Source: Fimbriimonadaceae bacterium (lineage in GTDB: Bacteria; Armatimonadota; Fimbriimonadia; Fimbriimonadales; Fimbriimonadaceae). Taken from it: a stretch of DNA of 64,000 nucleotides. How positions within the stretch are numbered: position 1 is the first letter of the stretch; each line of letters begins with the position of its first letter. The stretch spans positions 225,564 through 289,563 of the forward strand of contig CP075366.1 of NCBI GenBank assembly GCA_019454145.1, in the 5' to 3' direction. A program made the translations under genes and the position numbers. The notes beneath the pieces were generated by a model. The model was not told the origin of the DNA, did not search any database, and saw only the letters and a program-made list of their open reading frames with translations. Shown in pieces: positions 18,257 to 27,002 of the stretch.

Positions 18257-19599
18257 AGATTGGAGTCGTGGGCGCAGGAATCGCTGGCCTGAGAACTGCG
18301 ATGCTTTTAGAGAAAGCGGGGCACCAAGTCACGGTTTTTGAAGCACGCGACCGCGTCGGCGGACGAATGCAAACCGTCGAGATGGGAGATGGATACTACG
18401 AGGCAGGCGGCGAATGGATTGACGCAGATCATCACCGAGTTATTCGTTTGCTCCGGGAGTTTGGAGTTGCTCCGGAAAAGAGTTCGCAATGGCCGGGGTT
18501 AGTGGTTTATCAAGGCGAGTTCGCGACGGAAAATCAGATCTGGCCCGATGCAGCACTGGATGCAGACTTGGTTCATGAGGCGGCAGAAGCTTTAATTACG
18601 AAACAACGGCGGGGAGAGGATATTGGAGAGGATCAACCTCTTGGGGCTTGGCTTGATTCGATCTGCAAGAGTGAACGCGGTCGCTGGTGGGTGGAGGCTT
18701 TCACGCGAAGTGATGAAGGCGAAGATACTTCCCAAGTCAGCTTGCTTGGTTGGCTCGAAAGCTACGCACACTATCTTGACCGTGAAGACGGCGTAATGAG
18801 CCTCTACCGTATCACTGGCGGGGGAGGAAAACTTTGCGAACGTATGGCGGCAAAACTACAGGATTTGAGGCTAAACTCGCCGATCCAACACGTTTCCGAT
18901 CAAGGGGAGGTAATTGATAAAAATGGTTCGACTCATCTTTTTGACCGAGTCGTTTTTGCATTACCTGCTGGCTGTTTAGAAAAGGTTCTCGACGTCGAAT
19001 CCCAAATTTCTCTTAAGCCGCAGGAAGGTAGTTTTGTTTCGTATGATCTCTCCTGGGTTTTCCATCTCCCCTCAGTGAAAATGGCTCGTTCAGTAAAGCT
19101 CGTTCTACAGTTCAAGAATGCTTGGTGGCGCGATAAGAACTGGTCGGGTCGGATGTTGGGTGATCTTGCGTTTCAGCAAACTTGGGAAATTGGACGGGGA
19201 AATCTTAATGCACTCGGAGTCTACGTTTGCGGGGCTGAAGCGATTCAGCTTATGGAGCAACCTAACCCAGTTGATGTGGTTTTGAAGTCAATTACGCAGG
19301 TGCATCCCGAGGCTCGAGAATCATTTATATCTGGTGCGGTCCATGATTGGGTTTCGGATGAATTTGCAGGTGGAGCGTTTCCGTATTATCCAGTTAAATG
19401 TGCACCATCCATGGATAAACCCCTCCCCAACCCCTCCCCAGATTTGGGGAGGGAGTCAAAAATCAACAGCACCAGGTTTAAGCCGTACGGGAGAATTCAC
19501 TTCGCTGGAGACTGGGCGTGTGATTGGATGGGATTTATTGAAGGCGCGCTCGAAAGCGCAGAACGTGTAGTAGAGGAGATCAAAAATGCTGGTGAGTGA
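18253..19599 (+). CDS. Flavin monoamine oxidase family protein
   Basis: GAGIAG Rossmann motif, EARDRVGGR, GGEWI, IHFAGD, GFIEGALESA. Confidence 0.9.
   Translation: MKIGVVGAGIAGLRTAMLLEKAGHQVTVFEARDRVGGRMQTVEMGDGYYEAGGEWIDADHHRVIRLLREFGVAPEKSSQWPGLVVYQGEFATENQIWPDAALDADLVHEAAEALITKQRRGEDIGEDQPLGAWLDSICKSERGRWWVEAFTRSDEGEDTSQVSLLGWLESYAHYLDREDGVMSLYRITGGGGKLCERMAAKLQDLRLNSPIQHVSDQGEVIDKNGSTHLFDRVVFALPAGCLEKVLDVESQISLKPQEGSFVSYDLSWVFHLPSVKMARSVKLVLQFKNAWWRDKNWSGRMLGDLAFQQTWEIGRGNLNALGVYVCGAEAIQLMEQPNPVDVVLKSITQVHPEARESFISGAVHDWVSDEFAGGAFPYYPVKCAPSMDKPLPNPSPDLGRESKINSTRFKPYGRIHFAGDWACDWMGFIEGALESAERVVEEIKNAGE
19418..19455. repeat. Family A REP-like element inside the amine oxidase CDS
   Basis: AACCCCTCCCCAACCCCTCCCCAGATTTGGGGAGGGAG matches intergenic copies at 3608, 26847, 37440. 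Confidence 0.85.
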
Positions 19600-21070
19600 T
19601 GCAAAAGTTTGGCCCGGCGATGTGACCGGGTTTGCGGTTGAAAATGGGCGATTCAGCCAAGTCGGGGGCGACCTAAAGGGCGGTGAATGGGCGGGGCATA
19701 CGATTCTTCCCGGTTTCATCGATGCGCATTGCCACATTCTGCCGACCGGCCTTGATCTGCTCAAACTCAACTTGAGCAGTTGCTGGACAGAGAACGAAGT
19801 TTTGGATGCGGTTCGAGATTGGTTGCCTAATATCGAACCAGGGCAATGGCTCCACGCGACTCAGTACGATCAGAACCGCTGGGGTTCGCATCTCAGCCGC
19901 CATCAACTTGATAAGGTTTCTAACGAAATTCCGATTTTGCTTCGGCATTCAAATGGTCATGCCAGCGTAGCCAACACAGCGGCATTGCGAGCGGCAGGAG
20001 TCGAACACGAAACTCCGGATATGGAAGGCGGTGAGTATGTCCGCGATGAAAACGGTGAACTCACTGGGGTTCTCCTAGAAAAAGCCCACGAACGAGTAAC
20101 GAGCAAGGCTCCCGAGCCAAGCCTAGATGAAATGGTTGCGGGGATCCTCCGCGCTGGAGAATCTATGGCGGGCTACGGAATCACCAGCGCGACCGACATG
20201 ATGACCGGGCGTTGGGACTTGGCAAAAGAACTTGAGGCTTACCGATTAGCAAGTGAGCAAGGCTGCAAGATTCGACTGCGGATGTATATGCAGTGGCGCG
20301 AAGTTCTGGGGAATGGCGCGATTGAACCTGCTTTGTTGCAAGAATTGATATCGGCGATGGATGAACCCAAGTGCAAGGTGCTCGGGCTCAAAGTATTTGC
20401 CGATGGAGCAATCGGGAGCGCAACCGCCGCGATTTACGACCGATTCGTGACCACGGGTGGGCAAGGCCGGCTGATATATTCACCCGAAAAACTCGCGCAG
20501 ATCATCGCCGATATTGATGCCGCAGGTTGGCGGTGTTCTGTGCACACTATCGGCGACCGATCTACTGACTTGGTGATGGAAGCGTATGAAAAGACCCGCG
20601 ATCCAAAGATTCACCGGATTGAGCACGCAATGATTTTGAGCGACACCCAAATTGAACGCATGGCAAAACTGGGTTCGCATGTGACTATGCAGCCAGAGTT
20701 CTTGTATCGGTTTGGTCATGCATACCGAGCGCAGTTGCCGGATGGCATTTGGCAGAACCTCAAAAGGGTACGGAGTGTTTTGGATGCGGGGATTTCTCTT
20801 TCGTTTAACTCAGATCGTCCAATTGTTGCCGGCGATCCTTGGGACGGGATTCGTTCGGCAACCAATCGACCGGAAGGATTTACTTCGGTGGAAGCGGTTT
20901 CGATTGAAGAGGGGATTGACCTCTACACTCGCGGCGGAGCCGTAGCGAATTTTGAAGATGATGAGCTCGGGATGATTGAGGTCGGATATCGGGCAGACTT
21001 TCAGGTTCGTAAAGGAGGAACCGACGGGGAGCTTGTTGCGGTTTACAAAGAAGAGGAGAGAACAATTTAG
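19586..21070 (+). CDS. Amidohydrolase family 3 (YtcJ-like)
   Basis: GFIDAHCH, KVFADGAIGS, HTIGD, RIEHA, SDRP. Confidence 0.9.
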   Translation: MLVSDAKVWPGDVTGFAVENGRFSQVGGDLKGGEWAGHTILPGFIDAHCHILPTGLDLLKLNLSSCWTENEVLDAVRDWLPNIEPGQWLHATQYDQNRWGSHLSRHQLDKVSNEIPILLRHSNGHASVANTAALRAAGVEHETPDMEGGEYVRDENGELTGVLLEKAHERVTSKAPEPSLDEMVAGILRAGESMAGYGITSATDMMTGRWDLAKELEAYRLASEQGCKIRLRMYMQWREVLGNGAIEPALLQELISAMDEPKCKVLGLKVFADGAIGSATAAIYDRFVTTGGQGRLIYSPEKLAQIIADIDAAGWRCSVHTIGDRSTDLVMEAYEKTRDPKIHRIEHAMILSDTQIERMAKLGSHVTMQPEFLYRFGHAYRAQLPDGIWQNLKRVRSVLDAGISLSFNSDRPIVAGDPWDGIRSATNRPEGFTSVEAVSIEEGIDLYTRGGAVANFEDDELGMIEVGYRADFQVRKGGTDGELVAVYKEEERTI

Positions 21071-21078
21071 TGCTCAGT

Positions 21079-21100
21079 CACGGGTTTCACCCGTGGCACC
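21079..21100. repeat. Family B REP-like palindrome in reverse orientation
   Basis: CACGGGTTTCACCCGTGGCACC just after the amidohydrolase stop. Confidence 0.6.
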
Positions 21101-21176
21101 CAATACCAATTATCGAAAACTGCACAAACAGATTTTCGTTCTGCAACGCATACTGTAATCACCAGGTAATTAAGCT

Positions 21177-21557
21177 ATGGTTGCCAAGTGGACGAAATAC
21201 GGGCTGTTGGCTACGATGTCAATCGCGATTGCTGTGTGCGGATACAACTCAGCGGGGAAGCTATCTATTGAACAGGCCGAAGAGTGCTGGTACGGTCAAA
21301 TGCCGTCTTCCTCAGTGGAATTTGAATCCATAAACCAAATAGCCACCCAATGCGGCCTAACGGAACGGAAGCAAGGGGTAACAATGTATCCCGATGGCGT
21401 TCGTCGCACCACGTTTACTAAACGATTTACAAATATCGGGCTTGTCTCAGGCTGGCATGATGAAGTCACACTTGATGTCGAATTTATTGGCGATTCTAAC
21501 CTCGTTGAAGCCCACTTAGATCGGTGGGATGGCGTCGCTTGGATGATTTTGCCTTAA
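21177..21557 (+). CDS. Hypothetical exported or membrane-anchored protein, paralogue 1
   Basis: N-terminal hydrophobic helix; shares CW, CGL, YPDG.RRT.F..RFT, GWH, LDVEF, DGVAW with the next gene. Confidence 0.75.
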   Translation: MVAKWTKYGLLATMSIAIAVCGYNSAGKLSIEQAEECWYGQMPSSSVEFESINQIATQCGLTERKQGVTMYPDGVRRTTFTKRFTNIGLVSGWHDEVTLDVEFIGDSNLVEAHLDRWDGVAWMILP

Positions 21558-21570
21558 GCGGATAAAAACT

Positions 21571-21954
21571 ATGAAAGCCAAATATTTTGTTCAAGCGGGC
21601 ATTGCTCTCGTGGTTTTGCCGATACCCACGCTGATGCTCTATAACCATATAGGAACTCAGGCAGTGATCGATTCTGAAATGTGCTGGCAAAATCGCGCTC
21701 CAAGTACCGAGATTGAGTTTTCTGAGCTTAAGAAAGTTGCCAAAAAATGTGGTCTCAATGAAAGAGAGGAAGGAGCCAGGGAATATCCAGACGGGATCAG
21801 GAGAACATATTTTAGTCGCAGGTTCACAGATTTCCAGATCGTTGTGGGTTGGCATCGTGAATATTTGCTTGACGTTGAGTTCACAGGTAATACCGAAAAA
21901 GTTAAATGTAAGGGAATGCGGAATGACGGGGTCGCCTGGCTGTTAATTCCTTAA
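21571..21954 (+). CDS. Hypothetical exported or membrane-anchored protein, paralogue 2
   Basis: Same motifs as 21177-21557. Confidence 0.75.
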   Translation: MKAKYFVQAGIALVVLPIPTLMLYNHIGTQAVIDSEMCWQNRAPSTEIEFSELKKVAKKCGLNEREEGAREYPDGIRRTYFSRRFTDFQIVVGWHREYLLDVEFTGNTEKVKCKGMRNDGVAWLLIP

Positions 21955-21990
21955 AGAATCCCCGCTCAGATTTGAGCGGGGATTCTTTTT
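21953..21990. terminator. Bidirectional intrinsic terminator
   Basis: AAAGAATCCCCGCTCA-GATT-TGAGCGGGGATTCTTT between convergent genes. Confidence 0.85.
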
Positions 21991-21994
21991 CGGC

Positions 21995-24900
21995 CTAACC
22001 TTTCTTACCGATTTGCTTCATGACTTCCTCGACCGCTCGCTTGAGCTGAGGATCTTCGTTGCGGAAGTATTGATCAGGGTCAATATCCACTTCGATATCG
22101 GGCTTTTCGCCGATGTTTTCGAGTGGAGTTCCGTCTACGCGGTAAGAGCCTGTCTGCGGAAGGCGGATAACCGTGCCGTCAACAAGAACTCCGCCGTATG
22201 TGTAGATGACGTAACCCGGTGTTTGCATACCGACCAAGGTTGCAAGTCCGAGGGTCTTCATGGCGGCAGGGAACATTTCTGCGTTGCTGAAACTTGTTTC
22301 TGCATGCATAACCACTGTGGGTTTGCCCCAGAGCTGACCAGGGCCAGGGACTTCATCTTGGTCTCGTGGCACGTACCGCAGGTGCATCTTGCGTTCAAGC
22401 GCATCAATCAGGACGTCGGCAATGTTTCCGCCACCGTTTTCGCGGACATCAATGATCACGCCTTCTTTACCCTGAATGTATTCCCACATTTCAGCGTTAA
22501 AGGTGTTGAGGTTTCCTCCACCCATTCCCGCGATGTGAACGTAGGTGACTAATCCACCGCTGAGTTTTTCAACGTATTCGCGTCGCCATTCAATGCGGTT
22601 GTTGTAAAGGATTTGCCCGAATGCACCAGATGAAATAGCCCGGTATTTAACTTCTCGGGCACCATCCATCGAAGGCTTAGAATTGACTGTGAAAGTCACA
22701 TCTCGGCCTTGCTCGGCGGTCAGAATTTTGAAGAAGTTCTGATCAGCCCGAACGCTTTGACCATTGACCTTCATCACATAGTCGCCCGGATTGATTTTGG
22801 TTTTTGCGTAAGAGCCTGGCGAGTTCGCCGGAACATCCTTGACACGCACTCCTAAGCCAGTGTAACTGTAATCAATCGTGAAACCAGGGTGAGCGGTGGT
22901 TTCAGAACGCTCGCCCCCAAATGCTGGGCTAACTTCAGAGTGGCTACTTTCAAGTTCGCCGACCATAAAGTTGAGTACATTCGCCATTTCTCGACGATGA
23001 GCAACACCATCCAAAAGGGGTTGGTACCGATCCCGGATTTTCGCCCAGTCGCGTCGGTGGAAGTATTCGTCGTAGAAGTTCTGATTGTAAGTTCGCCAGA
23101 ATTCATGGAACGCGGCTTTGCGTTCGGCAACTAAGTCGCGAGTCCAAACCGCTCGATATTCGACGGCTGTTGTCGGCATATTTGGCTGTCGAATGTTTTG
23201 GATGGTCGGCACTCCGCCCGTCACGTAGAACAGACTGTTGGTGTCGCCAAGAACTTCAAACGAAGTTGCGCCAGTTCGAGAAACCTGAGCTTCCTTTTCA
23301 CCGTCGTAACCAACTCGCGTAATGTTATTACCTTTAATAAAGTAAAGGTCGCCCTTTTCTTTATCGCTGTAAAGTTGGCCCGGTTGAGCACCATTCACAA
23401 AAGGCCGGATACGGTCTTCGGGACGGTTGAAATCAAAGTCAACGGTCACCGCACCTTCTGGCTTGGTGTACTTAAGTTCAATGATGTTGCTTGGGGCATC
23501 TTCTTGTTGCGCTGGGCAGATAAAGATTCCCGTTGGGCCACGATCACTGTAGAAGTAAAGGTATTTGCCATCAGCAGACCATTCAGGCGAATTGTCGGTC
23601 GAGTTAAGCTTTGTAACGTTGATTTCTTTACCAGTGGCGATTTCTCTTACCCAAACGTTAGTTTTATTGTCCCAATATTTAAACCCAGAGTTGATCAGAG
23701 TTTTGACGTACGCCACGTACCGCATATCTGGGGAGAATGCGTACTGTTGAAGGGATGGCTTGTCCAGAACTCGGGTCGTCTTGCCAGTGTCGAAATCAAG
23801 CGTAAAGAGGCCGCCCTGGCGACCGTTCACCCAGTAAGCCAGTGCCTTCTTATCTGGTGTAACTGAAATTCCCTGAATGTCGGTTGTCGTTTTGTGGGCA
23901 ATCGTGATGGAGTCATCGGCGACGTTGTATTTGTAGAGCGAAAGCGCTCCATCTCGGTCGCTGGTGAAGTACACGAATTTTCCATCTGGCGAGTAGACCG
24001 GTTGAGTATCAGAACCGGCAAAGTCGGTTACCTGCTTGGCGTCGGCTCCGTTTGGCCCTTTGCCTTTGGTAGTTGGGACACTGAACAGTTCACGATTCAC
24101 CTGGAAGACGACATTCTTGCCATCGGGTGAGATGGTTGCTTCAGATGCACCGCTCGTGATAACGTTTCGGGTTGTATTGCGACCTTTATCGTCGATGATT
24201 CCGGTAAAAGTCACTGCGGTTACGCTTGCCCCAGCGTTTCCAACTACAGGATCAACTTTAAAGATATTTCCGTCTCGCTCAAAAACCATGTGACCAGTTT
24301 TTGAGGCAACTGAAAGGAACCGCGTCCCATCGCCACCCACTTCATTGGTGAGACGCCGTGCCTTTCCAGCGGAATCAACTACGTAGATGTTCGGCGTACG
24401 GTTGACGTTATCTGTAAAGACCGCTGGCTTTTCATCAATGTTACGAGAGCTTGGAGTCTTCTCGGTTACTGTAACCGTGTAGATATTTCCGTTTGGCCCG
24501 TACTGTGGCCATAGATGTTGGAACCGGTTTGAACGTAGTAATTTGCGATTTTTGCCGTCTGCGCCAATTGTCCAAAGCTGCGAAGCACCGGAACCCTCAT
24601 ATCTTGGACGATAGATGCTCATCATTGCTTTGTGCCCGAAGACAACACTTTTTCCATCTGGCGACATTGATGGCGAATCAATCCGGAAATTGGTGATGAA
24701 CAACTCGTTCATCTTTAAATCAGTGACATCAAGTGTGTAGATACCGCTCGCGGCTTTATCTATGGTGGCGTTCATCGTGATTAGGTTGCCCGACCATGAG
24801 ATGGGAATTTCTGAGAAGCTGCCGAATGTAAGTTGCTTGGTCTGACCCCCTTCTAAGGGCACGGCATAGATGTCCCAGTTGCCGTTGCGGTCAGTGGCAT

Positions 24901-25156
24901 AGGCGATCCATTTTCCATCAGGGCTCCAAACCGGGTTGTCGTCCATCTCAACGTTGTCGGTGAGGCGGGTGGCTTTTCCGCCATCGCTGCTGCCAAGCCA
25001 TATATCGCCTCGATAGGTGAATGCCAGGCTTTTTCCATCGGGGCTGAGAGCCAAAGAGCGTGCGCCAATAAATTGGTGCGGGGCGGCAGGCGTGATCTGC
25101 ACAGCCGGTAGGCTGGCCGCCAAAATGATTGGGAGAAATGTCATGGTAGTTACCAA
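21995..25156 (-). CDS. Tricorn-like S41 family peptidase with PD40 beta-propellers and PDZ domain
   Basis: Repeated SPDGK/WSPDG PD40 motifs, MVGELESSH, IIDVRENGGGNIAD, SFSNAEMF, PDIEV; signal peptide (start may be 25144). Confidence 0.92.
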   Translation of the reverse strand: MVTTMTFLPIILAASLPAVQITPAAPHQFIGARSLALSPDGKSLAFTYRGDIWLGSSDGGKATRLTDNVEMDDNPVWSPDGKWIAYATDRNGNWDIYAVPLEGGQTKQLTFGSFSEIPISWSGNLITMNATIDKAASGIYTLDVTDLKMNELFITNFRIDSPSMSPDGKSVVFGHKAMMSIYRPRYEGSGASQLWTIGADGKNRKLLRSNRFQHLWPQYGPNGNIYTVTVTEKTPSSRNIDEKPAVFTDNVNRTPNIYVVDSAGKARRLTNEVGGDGTRFLSVASKTGHMVFERDGNIFKVDPVVGNAGASVTAVTFTGIIDDKGRNTTRNVITSGASEATISPDGKNVVFQVNRELFSVPTTKGKGPNGADAKQVTDFAGSDTQPVYSPDGKFVYFTSDRDGALSLYKYNVADDSITIAHKTTTDIQGISVTPDKKALAYWVNGRQGGLFTLDFDTGKTTRVLDKPSLQQYAFSPDMRYVAYVKTLINSGFKYWDNKTNVWVREIATGKEINVTKLNSTDNSPEWSADGKYLYFYSDRGPTGIFICPAQQEDAPSNIIELKYTKPEGAVTVDFDFNRPEDRIRPFVNGAQPGQLYSDKEKGDLYFIKGNNITRVGYDGEKEAQVSRTGATSFEVLGDTNSLFYVTGGVPTIQNIRQPNMPTTAVEYRAVWTRDLVAERKAAFHEFWRTYNQNFYDEYFHRRDWAKIRDRYQPLLDGVAHRREMANVLNFMVGELESSHSEVSPAFGGERSETTAHPGFTIDYSYTGLGVRVKDVPANSPGSYAKTKINPGDYVMKVNGQSVRADQNFFKILTAEQGRDVTFTVNSKPSMDGAREVKYRAISSGAFGQILYNNRIEWRREYVEKLSGGLVTYVHIAGMGGGNLNTFNAEMWEYIQGKEGVIIDVRENGGGNIADVLIDALERKMHLRYVPRDQDEVPGPGQLWGKPTVVMHAETSFSNAEMFPAAMKTLGLATLVGMQTPGYVIYTYGGVLVDGTVIRLPQTGSYRVDGTPLENIGEKPDIEVDIDPDQYFRNEDPQLKRAVEEVMKQIGKKG

Positions 25157-25196
25157 AATGGCTACCGTGATGTTAGCTAAAGTTGTTCCCGGAATT

Positions 25197-25829
25197 CTAG
25201 GCCAAAAAGCAGAATTGTGCTTGCAAGTGATTTAAGGCTTGCGTGACTTTGTGAATATTCTGCGATCGTGGGTCGCTACCTGTCACGTGGATATCTGCAT
25301 TCAGCGAGCTTGGCTGAACGTGATTTGTCCAGGATGGCATCACATGGTTATTCCACTGGCGCAGGATTGATTCAGGAGTTCGGCCTCGCTCTCGCTGGTC
25401 ACGCTCAAGCCGGCGATTGAGAGCTTGTTCTACGGGCAGATCAACAAAAATCTTGAGGCAAGGGATCGTTGGCAGTGCTTCTTGGAGCAGCGAAAACTGG
25501 CCCTCAGCGATGATGACCGGTTGCGGGGAAATTGTTTGTGAGCGAATCCGTTTACTCGTGACAAAATCATAAATAGGAGTTTGAGTGGCAACTCCGTTTG
25601 CAAGCTGAGTGAGGTCGTTCCGCCAATGGTCAAGGTGGAACATCTGTGGACAATCCCAGTTCAGGTCAGCCGCTTCGTGGAGGTGATCGGGCAGATCGCG
25701 GTAATAGTCATCCATCTTGATGAGTGTTCCGTTCAGAACCTCAGCCAAATCTTGCGCGAGAGTGGTTTTGCCCGACGCGCTTAATCCGGCGATTGCGATG
25801 ATGGATGCAGGCTGTTTCACTCCGCCCAA
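25197..25829 (-). CDS. udk: Uridine kinase family protein
   Basis: GLSASGKTT, MDDYY, YDFVTSKR, IIAEG, RRLERDQRERGRT. Confidence 0.8.
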   Translation of the reverse strand: MGGVKQPASIIAIAGLSASGKTTLAQDLAEVLNGTLIKMDDYYRDLPDHLHEAADLNWDCPQMFHLDHWRNDLTQLANGVATQTPIYDFVTSKRIRSQTISPQPVIIAEGQFSLLQEALPTIPCLKIFVDLPVEQALNRRLERDQRERGRTPESILRQWNNHVMPSWTNHVQPSSLNADIHVTGSDPRSQNIHKVTQALNHLQAQFCFLA

Positions 25830-25963
25830 ATTGTGGCTCCTTTTATCAGCAAATTGTTAGCAATTTGACCCAAGTATTTAGGACTATGCAGCATCGGATT
25901 TCAGTTCAAAGACGTTGAATAGATCAAGTTCTCAAATGGCGTTTTGAGAGCCTGATAAACGAA

Positions 25964-26821
25964 ATGAACACACTCAAGGTAACAGTTCTTCTCGCTGCAT
26001 TGACTGGATTATTCGTGCTGATGGGGCAAGCCATCGGCGGAAACTCTGGCATGGTCATCGCATTCGTGATCGCCCTGGTCATGAATGTGGCGAGCTACTG
26101 GTATAGCGATAAGCTGGCTTTGAGCATGGCGCGGGCGCAAGAAGTTTCTCCGGCACAGGCACCCGATCTTCACAAGATGGTTGAAGTGCTGGCTGGACGC
26201 GCTAAGATTCCGAAGCCGAAAGTGTATTTGGTGAACGACCCTAGCCCGAATGCATTTGCAACCGGACGAAACCCATCGCATGCGGCGGTTGCCGTGAACA
26301 CCGGGCTCCTGAACCTACTCACCCCTGATGAAGTGTTTGGAGTAGTGGCGCACGAAATCGCTCACATCCGCAACCGAGATACGCTGACCATGACAGTAGT
26401 CGCGACTATTGCTGGTGCGATCACTATGCTTGCCGGATTCGCCCGGTTCGCCGCGATCTTTGGTGGTCTGGGTGGCCGCGATGATGGGGAAGGCAACAAC
26501 ATCCTTGGGCTGCTGGCTATGGCGATTGTTGCTCCGGTTGCCGCGATGATTATGCAGTTCGCGGTTTCGCGGGCAAGGGAATTTGAAGCAGATAAGTGGG
26601 GTGCCGAGTTTGCGGGAACTCCCGATGGTTTGAGCAACGCTTTGTTGAAATTAGAGCGAGGAACGAGCATGGTTCCTACTAAAACCGATGCGGCTCACGC
26701 TCCCTTGTACATCGTGAACCCGTTGAAGGGAATGGGTGGCTTCGCCAAATTGTTCATGACCCATCCGCCGGTTGAAGAGCGGGTGGCTAAGCTTCGTACG
26801 ATGCGGGCGAAAGCGGCCTGA
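25964..26821 (+). CDS. htpX: Zinc metalloprotease HtpX (M48)
   Basis: PNAFATGRNP, VAHEIAHIRNRD, SRAREFEAD, THPPVEER. Confidence 0.95.
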   Translation: MNTLKVTVLLAALTGLFVLMGQAIGGNSGMVIAFVIALVMNVASYWYSDKLALSMARAQEVSPAQAPDLHKMVEVLAGRAKIPKPKVYLVNDPSPNAFATGRNPSHAAVAVNTGLLNLLTPDEVFGVVAHEIAHIRNRDTLTMTVVATIAGAITMLAGFARFAAIFGGLGGRDDGEGNNILGLLAMAIVAPVAAMIMQFAVSRAREFEADKWGAEFAGTPDGLSNALLKLERGTSMVPTKTDAAHAPLYIVNPLKGMGGFAKLFMTHPPVEERVAKLRTMRAKAA

Positions 26822-26846
26822 TCTTGGTAACCTTTACAACTTGATT

Positions 26847-26884
26847 AACCCCTACCAACCCTCCCCAGAATTGGGGAGGGAATT
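26847..26884. repeat. Family A REP-like element between htpX and rpoB
   Basis: AACCCCTACCAACCCTCCCCAGAATTGGGGAGGGAATT. Confidence 0.85.
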
Positions 26885-27002
26885 CTCATTTTTTGTTGAC
26901 GAGGGTTCGCTTCTGCAAAGGGCCTAGTTGAACTCAAAACGGCCCAATTTCCACCCGGGGTTGCAGGTATGATTTTCCTTCCCCGATTCTGTCCGGAGAA
27001 TT

